A DNA stretch of 51,780 nucleotides, taken from the NCBI RefSeq assembly GCF_006345805.1, contig NW_021833994.1:1-51780 (forward strand). The letters run 5' to 3'. The notes beneath the pieces are model-generated. The model was not told where the DNA came from. It did no database searches and worked only from the letters and a program-made list of their open reading frames with translations. Positions 24,833 through 36,855 of this stretch are shown piece by piece. Within the stretch, counting starts at the first letter, position 1; the number at the start of each line of letters is the position of its first letter. A program made the translations under genes and the position numbers. The stretch is from Octopus sinensis. Lineage: Eukaryota.

Positions 24833-24996
24833 TGGTAAAAACGGTAAGATAACAAAAGAAAGAAAGACACCTCAAATTACATAAATAGAGGAAATAGATG
24901 GCCAGATAACCGAAAGATGGTGTTGTAGATTTCCACCTCGGCATCTGAAACTCAGAGTTTTATCTTGGCTATTGAGTAAATGTAACATATTATTTT

Positions 24997-25030
<34 letters not shown>

Positions 25031-25054
25031 ATACGTTACAATTACTCAATAGTC

Positions 25055-25118
<64 letters not shown>

Positions 25119-25159
25119 ATGTATTGTAGCAGTATATGGTTGAGTATGATCCAGGTACA

Positions 25160-25365
25160 AAAAGCAGTTTTCAATATTATAACGCTGGGTAAAATGCTTA
25201 GCGGCATTTCGTCCGTCGTTCAACTTTGATTTCAAAATCGGTCGAAATCGACTTCGCCTTTGATTTCTCCGGGCTCGATAAAATAGGTACCAGTTGAATA
25301 CTGTGGTCTGTGTAATCGATTTACTTCTCCTCAAAATTGCTGGCCTTGTGCCGAAAATTGAATTC
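25160..25365 (+). mobile_element. SINE family A (diverged)
   Basis: AAATGCTTAGCGGCATTTCGTCCGTC...GTCGAAATCGACTTCGCC core and GGCCTTGTGCCGAAAATTG tail. Confidence 0.8.
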
Positions 25366-25605
25366 TCTCTACTGCTTGATACAAGAAAAAATATTTACTC
25401 TCTCGTTACTGTTCTACTCTGAGAGCAAATTTCTACCTCTGAGGTCAAGGAATCGAAAATACGCGCACACAAAGACACACACACACACACAAACGCACAA
25501 ACACGCAAATGCTTACATCTCTCCCTCTTGTCACTCTTATATGTGTGTATGTATACACACACACACACACACGCACGCACGCGCTCCCCCACACATACTT
25601 ATATA

Positions 25606-25838
25606 TATTTGTTTACTACCCACAAGGGGCTAAACACAGAGGATACAAAAAAGGACAGTCAAACGGATTAAGTCGATTACATCGACCCCAGTGCATAACT
25701 GGTACTTAATTTATCGATTCCGAAAGGATGAAAGGCAAAGTCGACCTCGGCGGAATTTGATCTCAGAACGTAATGGCAGACGAAATACCGCTAAGCATTT
25801 CGCCCGGCGTGCTAACGTTTCTGCCAGCTCGCCGCCTT
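25606..25838 (-). mobile_element. SINE family A, subfamily A2 (full length, near consensus)
   Basis: Reverse complement of head, core and A2 tail. Confidence 0.93.
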
Positions 25839-25904
25839 TGTGGGTGTAAGTATATATGAGCTTTATGTTGTCACTCATAAAAAGTAATTATCTCCCTTCC
25901 TTAC

Positions 25905-26116
25905 ATCCATGGCGCCCACAAATCTGCATACTATGAGACTATTTCTCGCAACCTGGTCTATAGTGTTTGTATCGTTAAGTAATCCAATATCTTTGATAGG
26001 TTTCAGGTGAATGTCTGTCCCACGTGTTTCATTAATTCCAGATGAACGTATTTCGAATAAAATTTTTTGCCAATACGTCCACAGCAACTGCTCAAACTCA
26101 GAGCAAACATGTATGG
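25905..26116 (-). CDS. Candidate internal coding exon of an unidentified gene (212 nt, phase 1 to 0)
   Basis: TACTAAC branch motif at 26154-26148, CACAG acceptor, 70 open codons (IHVCSEFEQLLWTYWQKILFEIRSSGINETRGTDIHLKPIKDIGLLNDTNTIDQVARNSLIVCRFVGAMD), then GTAAGG donor. No protein family recognised; polypyrimidine tract weak. Confidence 0.33.
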
Positions 26117-26164
26117 CTGTGCCAAAGTGATTTAATATGTAGGCCACGTTAGTACTAATATATA

Positions 26165-26757
26165 AGTATGTGTGTGTATGTATGTGTGTGTTTGTGGGTA
26201 TGTCCATGAATGTATGCATTTATGTTTGCGTGTGTGTATGTATGTACACATGTCTGTATGTGCGTGCATGTGTGTCCGTGTATGTATGCATATAAGTATG
26301 TATATTGTGCGCATGTATATATGTAATATATGTATGTATATGTGTGTATGCGTGTATGTATGTATGTATGTCTATGAATTTATGTAATTTATGTTTGCGC
26401 GTGTCTGTATGTATGCATGAATTTATGTGTATATATGTATGTACGTGCATGTCTGTCCGCGTATGTATGCATATAAGTATGTATGCATGTTGTGCGCATA
26501 TATGTATGTATGTAAGTATGTTTGTATATGTGTATAAATGTATGTATGCAAGTGGGTATGTGTGTGTGTCCGTGAATGTATGTTTTTATGTTTGTGTGTA
26601 TGTGTGTATGTATGCATGCACGCATGTTTGTGCGTGTATGTGTATCCGTGTGTATATGAATGTATGCATATATGTATGTATGTATGTATGTTGTATGCAT
26701 GTATGTATGTATGCATGTAAGCATGTAGAGATAGATAGGTAGATAGATAGATTGGTT

Positions 26758-26810
<53 letters not shown>

Positions 26811-26826
26811 GTATAGATATAGATAA

Positions 26827-26898
<72 letters not shown>

Positions 26899-26904
26899 GC
26901 AGAC

Positions 26905-26982
<78 letters not shown>

Positions 26983-27003
26983 ATAAAGAGAAAGATAGAT
27001 AGA
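26165..27003. repeat. Degenerate (TATG/TG)n followed by long (GATA)n
   Basis: Direct reading. Confidence 0.95.
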
Positions 27004-27538
27004 CAGAGAATATTATAAGTGACAAAAACAGTATTAGTAACGAAAGGCAATATTTATATCCAACTTAACCTGGATGTCTTGTTAGAACAACGAATATTGC
27101 GTTATCAGCCTCGAGAGATCCTCTCATATAGGCGCGTGGTAATTAAAAGCAAACACGGATCAGAGCAGATGAGAATCATGCGTCACGGGTGCCTGAACTG
27201 CCAGATCACGTAATTTCAGTCAACTGGACTTCCTCAGTGTCAGGTGTTCGTTGGCCGCATGCCATATGAATACTGCTGCCTCAATTGATGAAATTCCAGG
27301 GACTGAAAAGACAGTGATGCTGCAAATAGCGAGCAGGATAATCAAAAATAATTATTATCGACAGAAGCAATTTTAGGATCAAACGACAATCTTTTTATCC
27401 AAATTATCTTGGATGAATTATTTACAATCTCAGCTAAAAACAAAACGCTGAAATTCTATACATGTTGGCAGCGAGATTTGGCTGGTCGCCTGCTACCTTT
27501 CTCTAAGAAAATCCAGTAGATCTTTTTTCAGTAGTATC

Positions 27539-27768
27539 TTTTTCTTTATTACCCACAAGGGGCTAAACATGAAGGGGACAAAAAAGGACAGACAAACAGA
27601 TTAAGTCGATTACATCGACCCCAGTGCGTAACTGCTACATAATTTATCGACCCCGAAAGCATAAAGGCAAAGTCGAGGTCGGCAGAATTTGAACTCAGAA
27701 CGTAACGATAGACGAAATACGGTTACGCATTTCGCCCGGCGTGCTAACGTTTCGACCAGCTTTCGTCT
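27539..27768 (-). mobile_element. SINE family A, subfamily A2
   Basis: Reverse complement of the consensus, including the A2 tail. Confidence 0.9.
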
Positions 27769-28101
27769 TTCAAACTTTGAGGCGCATTTTCATTAAGAAA
27801 TATCAAATAAAATATGGCTTTCCTTTGCTGTTTACTTGATTCAGTCATTGGACTGCGCGGTCATGCTGGGGCACCGACTGAAGGGTAATAGTCGAACAAA
27901 TATTGACCCAAGGCCTTTAAAGCTTGGTACTTATTCTATCGGTTTCTTTGACCGCTAAGTTGCGGGGAGGTGAACACACCAAAACTGGTTGTCAAGCGGT
28001 GGTGAGACACACAGACGCACAGAGAGCCACACACACACACACATGCACACACAGATACATACATATATATATGTACATATATATATATATATATAATAAT
28101 A

Positions 28102-28163
<62 letters not shown>

Positions 28164-28234
28164 CATACATATATATATATACATATATATATACATATAT
28201 ATACACACACACACACCACATATTTTATGGAAGA

Positions 28235-28472
28235 CCAGCAGTCGCCCATGCATACCAACCTCCTCTCTCTACGCCACCGATGTTCTTCATGAGAAGGGCA
28301 AAGGCCAATTCAGCCGGGCATCCGTGACATCGCAGCTGCGTGAAATGGACCAGGACCAGGAATAACACAGTGTCTTGCTCAAGAAAAAAAACACACTGCC
28401 CGGTCCGGGGACCGAACTCAACCTCACGATCGTAAAATCGACGCTCCAACCACTGAGCCATGCGTCTTCACA
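28235..28472 (-). mobile_element. SINE family C
   Basis: Head GAAGACGCATGGCTCAGTGGTTGGAGCG and CTTGAGCAAGACACT segment. Confidence 0.82.
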
Positions 28473-28521
28473 CACACATTGCATCCGGAACCATGTGACT
28501 GGAAACCAAACTTTTTACCCC

Positions 28522-28683
28522 ATAGGTGTAGAAGTGATGGTAGTAAGTAGCTTGCTTACCAACCACATGGTTCAGGGTTCAGTCCCACTGCGTGGCACCT
28601 TGGGCAAGTGTCTTCTACTATAGCCTTGGGCCGACAAAGCCATATGAGTGGATTTGGTAAACGGAAACTGAAAGAAGCCCGTC

Positions 28684-28745
<62 letters not shown>

Positions 28746-28987
28746 TGTATGTATGTATGTATGTATGTATGTATGTATGTATGTATGTGTGTGAGTATAT
28801 GTTTGTGTGTCTGTGTTTGTTCCCCCAACATCGCTTGACAACAGATGGTAGTGTTTACGTCCCTGTAACTTAGCAGTTCGGCTAAAGAGACAGATAGAAT
28901 AAGTCCTGGTGTCGATTTGCTCGACTAAAGGCGGTGCTCCAGCATGGCCACAATCAAATGACTGAAACAAGTAAAAGAGAAAGAGTA
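28522..28987 (+). mobile_element. SINE family B (full length, expanded internal (TA)n(TATG)n)
   Basis: Head, B-box GGGTTCAGTCCC, internal microsatellite and AAGTAAAAGAG tail. Confidence 0.9.
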
Positions 28988-29107
28988 TAGCTACGCCTTC
29001 ACCCATTGTTGTGAAAAAATATATAGAATTTAGATATTTCATTCTATACACACATATCTTTAAATATTGTTTGCATACATAACTTTAATACACATATTTA
29101 ATACAAG

Positions 29108-29400
29108 TGCAGGAGTGGCTGAGTGGAAGGACCTTTGCTTCCCACTCAGGTAGTTGAGTTTTACTATAAGGCACCTTGGATAGGTGTCTTCTACCACAGC
29201 CTCGGGTCGACCAAAGTCTTGTGAATTGGATTTGGCAGACAGAAACTTAAACAAGCTTCTCGTATGTGCAGGTGCGTGCGTGTGTGTGTGTGTATGTGTG
29301 TGTTTGTGTCTGTATTTTTGTATCCCACTACCACTAGACAACCAGTGTTGGTCTGTTTATGTGGCTAGCGGTTCGGCAAACGGGTCCGATAGAATATGTA
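29108..29400 (+). mobile_element. SINE family B (diverged)
   Basis: GCAGGAGTGGCTGAGTGG head and GTGTCTTCTACCACAGCCTCGGGTCGACCAAAG body. Confidence 0.78.
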
Positions 29401-29541
29401 CCGCGCATTTTCTTATTTAAAAGGAAAATAAATCATTCGACCAAAAATTCTTAAAACAAGCTTTTTACCACACAATACATACATGCATACATACATGCAT
29501 ATATATATTTATATATATACCTATACACAAACATATTTGTA

Positions 29542-29609
<68 letters not shown>

Positions 29610-30280
29610 GTATATATATATATATAATATATATATATATATATAATATATAACATATACATACCTGTATATATATGTATACACAAACTTTATGTACGGC
29701 CGAGCTTTTCCACACTGCCATATAACTAAAGTTGGGCGTAATGCAAGCTCAATTTCTGTAAAAATATTTCTCATTACATCTTTCTTTACCATGCAGGGGC
29801 AAACAACCCAGTTCCTAGAATGGTTTGAACGGGAGCTGGAATTAATCCATTAGTCGATTTCCTTTTTTTTTTTTTCACTGAGCTTTTCTGAGAGCTTTTG
29901 TAAGTGCCACTTTGAATATCTTCACAGCAGGAGCAAAATGTAAGTCTGTTAAATATAACTGGTATTCAGTTTACAAATTAAATCCATTCGCTGTTATGGT
30001 GCTCCAGTTAACATTAATTGGAACACCACCGAAACATACATAATCACGTACATGCATAGACACACACACACGCACATGCACGCACAGATACAGACATACA
30101 CTCACACACGCACATACATATGCGCACCTATACATATACGCATAATGTTCAACCAGAGAATTTGCTCATACTGTAAATTCAGCGTTTTCCAAAGATGGTA
30201 AAGAAGGACTGGGGCATTCATTTAGTTCAAGGGACGCACACACTAGCACACATATACGTGTACTGATCTATATGTGTTTC

Positions 30281-30295
30281 TGTCTGTCTGTCTGT

Positions 30296-30374
<79 letters not shown>

Positions 30375-30625
30375 TCTCTCTCTCACTCTCTCTGAGCGGC
30401 GAGCTGGCAGACACGTTAGCGCGCCGGGCGAAATGCTTAGCGGTATTTCGTTTGTCGTTACGTTCTGAGTTCAAATTCCGCCGAGGTCGACTTTACCTTT
30501 CATCGTTTCGGAGTCGATAAATTATGTACCAGTTACTCACTGGGGTCGATGTAATCGACTTAATTCCTTTGTCTGTCATTGTTTGTCCCCTCTATGTTTA
30601 GTCCCTTCTGGGCAATAAAGAAATA
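30281..30625 (+). mobile_element. (TC)n microsatellite (30281-30392) followed by full-length SINE A2 (30395-30625)
   Basis: Direct reading; tail GTCCCTTCTGGGCAATAAAGAAATA. Confidence 0.9.
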
Positions 30626-30647
30626 TATATTTTTACATATGTATATT

Positions 30648-30698
<51 letters not shown>

Positions 30699-30754
30699 GT
30701 TTATATATTTGTTTGGCTAGATTCTTGATGTGAAATCGTGTGTTGAAACAGATG

Positions 30755-31260
30755 TTGTTGATTTTAGGAATTGTCATGTTGCCAGTTTAGTAGCCAATAA
30801 AAACACACGCACTATACATTTGATGTTAATTTGCTTTGGGTTTATTTTTTACATTAATCTTAATCTTATTTCGGCCAGAGTTCTTTCGTCACACTTCTGT
30901 GACTTCATCGGTGGTCCTTTGCTTTCTTGTTTCTTATTTGTGTGTCTCTCCTTACTAACGATTAGCCATTTTGTATTTTGGATTCCTATTGTATGTGTCT
31001 TTATTTGCGCATGCGTATACCCCTATGTGTGTCTATGTTTAGTTAGTGTGTATGTGTTGGGGGTAATACCTCTCTTCCTATTGTCGTTAGACCGCTATCC
31101 ACTACACATTCTTTATTTTCACTCCTCTTTCTGTGTTCCTTTCTGTGGAAGAGCGTAGGCTCGAAACGTTAAAAACTTTTACACTTCCCGAGCATTATAC
31201 TAATACATCTATTTGTTGTCTATACCACCTGTCTTCGTCTTTTGTTTTCTTTTGGGGGAA
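30755..31260 (+). mobile_element. Probable Penelope-like element fragment (pLTR-like)
   Basis: Homologous to 405-690 and, at its end, to 31715-31850 in inverted orientation. Contains GAAGAGCGTAGGCTCGAAACGTT. The family label is an inference. Confidence 0.5.
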
Positions 31261-31673
31261 ATTCTCCCTATACATATGTGTGTGTGTGTGTGTGTGTACA
31301 GAGAGAGAAAGAGGAGAGAGAGAGAAAGACAGTTAGATTGATACATATATACATACATGTAGATATTATATACATAACTATAGATGTTATATATATTACG
31401 TCCCCGTATCCAAGGTTCGACGAAAAGAGATTGATATAATAAGTTCCTGGTGTCGAGTTGTTCGGTTAAAAACTTGAAAGCAGTACCCAAACATGGCCGC
31501 AGTCAAAACAGTATGTTTCGGTTCCATGCGATTTCAGGTTTTGTATGCTAGTGTATGAAGCTTACGAAACTTCAAGTCGCATGCAGTTGAATCAAACTCC
31601 TTTAAGCAACAACATTAATATATATATATATTCCAGCTTCCGTCTTTCATTTGCCGTATATACATATATATAA

Positions 31674-31709
<36 letters not shown>

Positions 31710-31714
31710 ATGTG

Positions 31715-31850
31715 TGTATACCTGAAATTTACAGAAAAACAAAAGACGAAGACAGGTGTATAAACAACAAGCAGGTGTAATAGCTTGACGCTCGGAAAGG
31801 TGAAAAAGTCTTTTACGTTTCGAGCCTACGCTCTTCAACAGAAAGGAACA
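31715..31850 (-). mobile_element. Inverted partial copy of the 31130-31260 segment (probable Penelope-like)
   Basis: Reverse complement reads CTGTTCCTTTCTGTTGAAGAGCGTAGGCTCGAAACGTAAAAGAC...CACCTGTCTTCGTCTTTTGTTTT. Confidence 0.6.
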
Positions 31851-32524
31851 GTGAAAGAGTTAGCGGTCAATCATATCGACTGGTTGCACCAAGGTAGTTA
31901 GACAGGAAAGCTAGGCAGAAGGGGTGATAATAAAGTACTGGTGATCCCAAAACGAAGGTGCACATGCGTGTGTGTATATGAGAGTGTGTAGGTGTATGCG
32001 TCTGTAAGGTTTGGTGACTTTGACATGTGGATGTATGCGTGTGTAAGTGTGTATGTCTGTAATGTGCGTGTGTGTGGATGGTGATGTGGGTACTGGGAAG
32101 TGGTCAGTGCTAGTTTGTGCCGAGTGGTGTAGGGTGATGTGTGTGTTGTGGCGGTGTGATGTGTGTGTCGTATGATGTGGCGATGTTGAGGTGCGGAGAT
32201 GTGATGCAGGTGTGGGGTGGGAGGTCGCGGTGAGGAAGTGGAGTGGGGTATGTGTTGGGGTGGGATAGAGTATGTGGGAGTGATATATGTGGGTGTGGGG
32301 TGTGGATGGAGAAGGGTAGGAGTGAAGAGAGGAAGTAGGTGTCAGATGAAGAGAGGAGAGAAGGGGAGTCAGATGAAGAGGGGAGGAGAGTTGAGCCCAT
32401 TTGGTGCAAAAGAGCGAAGAGAAGATTAATCCCTCTTCATGGCGAAGGCGGGAGTCCGGTTGGCCCTATGCAAAGACATTCGAATATTAAATGGTAACGG
32501 GTTTTCACCAGAAGAAAACAGTAA

Positions 32525-32565
32525 TCCAAGGGATCCATAGATAAAAAAATGGTTGAGAACCCCTG
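32525..32565. mobile_element. Solo terminal fragment of a hAT-like element
   Basis: Reverse complement begins CAGGGGTTCTCAACCATTTTTT, a typical hAT terminus. No partner end seen. Confidence 0.4.
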
Positions 32566-33029
32566 CTATTGGAAGTTATTCACGCACTCGATTACGAATC
32601 CACTACATCTTATAGCCGAAACAGCTGTAAGTTTATGAAGTTCATAACATAACCATCGTTTTTCCTGTGTCATCACTTTTTCTTTTTACCGTTCTATACT
32701 CATCTATCACTTTGTTTTGAAACATAAGTATATTGAGACCTACACCAGGTTATTAGTATCACAAGGTACAAGCAAAATGTGTGTGTGAGTGTGTGTATGT
32801 GTGTGATTGTGTGTATGTGTGTGTGTGTATGTATGTATTTATTCGCATATGTAAGATATATGTGCGTGTTAGCGTGTAGCTATTTGGTATTTGGGATCGT
32901 CTGCAATGTATGTATGTATGCAGTGTGTATGTATATATTATTATATATATATTATATATATATATGTATGTATTTATGTATGTATGTATGTATGTACGTA
33001 TGTATGTATGTATGTAGTATGTATGTATG

Positions 33030-33063
<34 letters not shown>

Positions 33064-33840
33064 TGTTGTATGTATGTATGTATGTATGTATTGAAGCGTT
33101 TGTAGTCGTTCCTATATCATTATAGAGATTTATAAATACGATTCTGTCTATGCACTGACGTTCCCAAGCATTTAGACACACACATATGAATTAATATATC
33201 ATTAAGCTTGAAAGACGATTGCAAAATCACTCAGCCGAATAAATGTTGACCTCTGCTATACACTAGTATGTTACTTCTGATATTTATTCTTACCAATCCC
33301 AGAGGAATGAGATACTTAGGTTGATTTCTACATGGTAAGAAAGTTTTTTTTTTCGAAAAAATTGCTAACTCACTGAACCGCTTGACAGTTATTCCAGCCT
33401 CCCTAAGGAAATCTGCCCCGCCTTCGGCACTTAATTATTGCTAGTTTGTTTGGTTGGGGTAAATACGTACATAACACATACGTGGGCCTACTCTGTGCTA
33501 TAAACACTGTATGCCGTTCTAAGTTATACTGTAGGAGCCAAAAGAATGTGGGGACCAATCGTTTCGTGATCTATAAAATTTTAATTTTAACCGAAGACGG
33601 ATTTATCATGGAATGCTAAAAATGAATTTCTAATGAGTTTGTTGGGTGAAAGTAGAACAAGATTTCTGACTGTTTGCAGGGTTTTTCAGAGTGTTGGAAA
33701 GAAAAGGTTGAAGTTGTCCTCCAAATGGGTTACTGGCTCGAATATTTGCAAACGAATTGCCTTCCTCCAATCTTTTTTTTTTTTTAAAAAAAAGAAACCC
33801 CCTAGAGTAGGCTGGCTGGTATAGTTTGGGTAATTAGATT

Positions 33841-34248
33841 GGATCTTTTCAGTTTGAACGGCAGTTTTTAACATAATTTCTAGGTAACTAAAAAATTTTA
33901 AACTTCGTATACTGGTAGAATGTGTTTATAAAACATCTTTTTCTCTTGGCTTTATTGAGAAAATTCTATAGTTTGTAAGATATTTGTTGTTTTTTTCTTC
34001 AATTTCTGCAATTTCAACTAATCAATGACTTCTATTGAGGTAAAAACATTCTGTGCCGTGTGAATAAGTCCCTCGTTAAGAAACAGATTGGGTTTATTTA
34101 CATTTGTGAAGAAAAAAAGATACCCTTCCCCCCACCCCTAACCCTAAAACAGATAGAAATGCAATAGATCGATACTAGGGTCATAATTATGGGTGACAAT
34201 TTCATATGACACCGCTAGAAAAAACTGCCGTTCCAACCGAAAAGATCC
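33841..34248. mobile_element. 408-bp MITE with 29-bp TIRs
   Basis: GGATCTTTTCAGTTTGAACGGCAGTTTTT ... AAAAACTGCCGTTCCAACCGAAAAGATCC (27/29 complementary). Non-coding AT-rich interior. Flanking direct duplication present. Confidence 0.9.
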
Positions 34249-34913
34249 AAGTTGGGTAATTAGATTTGTGGTTCAGGCAATGCTAAATACTCACTGGCTC
34301 ACAAATCGTCTTTTTATTTGCTAAGTCCTCAAGAAGGGCTAGTACCCACAACACTGTGTAATAAACTTTTAAGTTTTAATTTTTTTTATTTTGCCTTTCG
34401 TCAATAAATGTTATTTCCTATTTGCTTCTTTCTGGAAATCAAAACAAATTACTACAATTCCCATTATTTTTGTGTTCTGGACATCAATACTTTGAAACTG
34501 ACCTATTTTCTATTACATTTCAGATAAATTCTTCGCTGAGTTGCGGCATTTCGTTCGTCTTTATGTTCTAAGTTCAAATTCTGCCAAGGTCGACTTTGCT
34601 TTTCATCCTTTCGGGGTCAACAAAATAATTCTTTCTACTATAGGCACACGGTCTGAATTTTGGTGAGAGGGGACTAGTCGATTACATCGACCCCAGTGTT
34701 ACACTGGTACTTAATCTGTCGACCTTGAAAGGATGGAAAGCAAAGTCGACCTAGGCGGATTTTGAACACAGAATGTCCGGACGGACGAAATGCCGCAAAG
34801 CATGTCGTTCGGCGTACTAAAGGGGTCGACAAATTAATAACCAGTTGAGTACTGCAGTCGATGTATTCGGCTTACCTCAGAATGGAATGCTAACATTCAA
34901 TAGTGAGCCTCAT

Positions 34914-35120
34914 TACTCTTTTACTTGTTTCAGTCATTTAACTGCGACCATGCTGGAGCACCGCCTTTAGTCGAGCAAATCGACACCAGGATGTATCTTT
35001 GTAAGCCTAGTACTTATTCTATCGGTCTCTTTTGCCGAACCGCTAATTACGGGGACGTAACAACACCAGCATCGGTTGTCAAGTGATGTTGGGGGAACAA
35101 ACACAGACACACAAACACAT

Positions 35121-35168
<48 letters not shown>

Positions 35169-35340
35169 ATATATATATATATATATATACATATATACTA
35201 CGAGTTTCTTTCAATTTCCGCCTACCAAATCCACTCACAAGGATTTGGTCTTCCCGGAGGCTATAGTAGATGAACACTTGCCCAAGGTGACACGCAGTGG
35301 GACTGAACCCGGAACCATGTGGTCGGTAAACAAGCTACTT
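34914..35340 (-). mobile_element. SINE family B body and tail, split from its head (37397-37437) by a 2-kb insertion
   Basis: Begins abruptly at AAGTAGCTTGTTTAC; the missing head GGCACAGGAATGGCTGTGTGGT lies at 37437-37412. Confidence 0.9.
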
Positions 35341-35640
35341 TATTTCATAAAATTTGTCATATAGACAGTACAAAGATTGTGTAGCTTTGCAGGCTGGACA
35401 AACACATTAATGAATGAAAATGAAATAAAATGAATAAATGAGAGACGAAACACAACACCTGCCGATTGGATTTTTCTCGAAAACATTTTCTTTTTTTTTT
35501 AATCAGTATGCGGTTTCAAACCTCTTACAAGAAGGAAGCACTAAAACCTCTTACTTAACATGTTTTTTTAAACACACAATTGAGGTTATAAACCACTACA
35601 AATAATACAATAAGATGAGGTTTCAAACCCTCTATCGAGG

Positions 35641-36855
35641 CTATTTCACCTCATACTCATCGATATATCCATCGATATATTCATCATTATCTTCAATGCC
35701 GCTTGAGTTCCTGTATCCCGCCATTTCCCATGCCTCACTCATGTAGGACAAGGGCTACCCAGCCATATGCGACACTTCTCCCCAAATCCTTTAAGCCTTT
35801 CCCACAAGGAAAAACACTTATGACCTCCATAGCTATCAGTGGAGACCATTCGGGATCTCGTGTGAAGAGCATATCTACTGTCTCTTTATGTTCTTCTACT
35901 ATTTTTTCCACCTCCCCGCCCTCGTAGAAAAAGATAATTAATTCATCATCTTTAAGGGTGGGGATCGTTTCTTTTACTTGTTTCAGTCATTTGACTGCGG
36001 CCATGCTGGAGCACCGCCTTTAATCGAGCAACTCGACCCCGGGACTTATTCTTTGTAAGCCCAGTACTTATTCTATCGGTCTCTTCTTCTTTCTTTTTTT
36101 TTCTTTTGTTCCTGACTTCGGGAGAGTGGAGCTCTTCCGCTTTGTCCGGAGTCTCTCCCCACCTCTCGAAGCCTTAGGGTCCTTCGGCAGGCAACTATTG
36201 TTGCCCGTCTTCTTCCGTTTTAATCCGTTTGGAGTTGAGGAGGCTTAACCACATCCACTTCTCCCTTTGACCAGGTAGGCATCCAGTGACTGTTCCAGGA
36301 CCTTACCATGGTCCTGGGGGCAGTTCTTTTTAATGTGGCCTGGCTGCAGGCACGAGTAACACTTGGGGTGACGTCCTGCAAGTATCACTGGATACCTGCA
36401 GCCAGCCATTAAAAAAAAATCTGGAAAACCCAGGTCTGTTGCGGCCGATGGGGTCCACAGGGTCAAAATTGCTTTTGACCCTTCCCAATCGACCGCCAGC
36501 AATACCCTTACATTTAAGATCCTGGGCCCACTATCCCCCAGTCCCCGTCGGATAGTATCTTCAATCCAATCCGCCTCGGTGCCTGGAGGCAACCCACATA
36601 CTCTTATTAATTTTCTCCCGCAGTATAACGGGAGGAACAGAATTTCGTTGCCCTCTAAAGGCTGACTCGCAAATGTGCGAGCCTTTTCCCGGTTGTCAAA
36701 CAGCAACTATACGGTTGCATGTTTGACACCGGGGGAATGTATTTCACAGAGGACAATTAGTCTTTCAGTTCATTTTCTATAACTGGTTTTGGGAAGACGG
36801 TGATGGAATCAAGAACTTTAGAATAAGTTCTAACCTCCACCGTCCTCTCCTCCAT
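35641..36855 (-). pseudogene. LINE ORF1-like (gag-like zinc-knuckle) protein, disrupted
   Basis: MEERTVEVRTYSKVLDSITVFPKP...LFDNREKARTFASQPL...CYSCLQPGHIKKNC (CX2CX4HX4C), K/R-rich linker, then ETIPTLKDDELIIFFYEGGEVEK... Stops, frameshifts and a SINE insertion interrupt it; about 360 codons net. Confidence 0.8.
35971..36085 (-). mobile_element. 5'-truncated SINE family B 3' fragment nested in the ORF1 A-rich linker
   Basis: Matches the family B tail (CCGATAGAATAAGTACTGG...CAAATGACTGAAACAAGTAAAAG). Confidence 0.88.

Noticed and set aside
27040-27480. Complex unique segment with short ORFs on both strands
   Set aside because: All frames close within 30-60 codons and donor sites are weak.
32200-32330. 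G-rich strand with many GGG runs (G-quadruplex potential)
   Set aside because: Part of a degenerate GT-rich repeat with irregular loops; no independent sign of function.
34130-34147. CCCTAACCCTAA telomere-like motif
   Set aside because: Only two units, inside a MITE.
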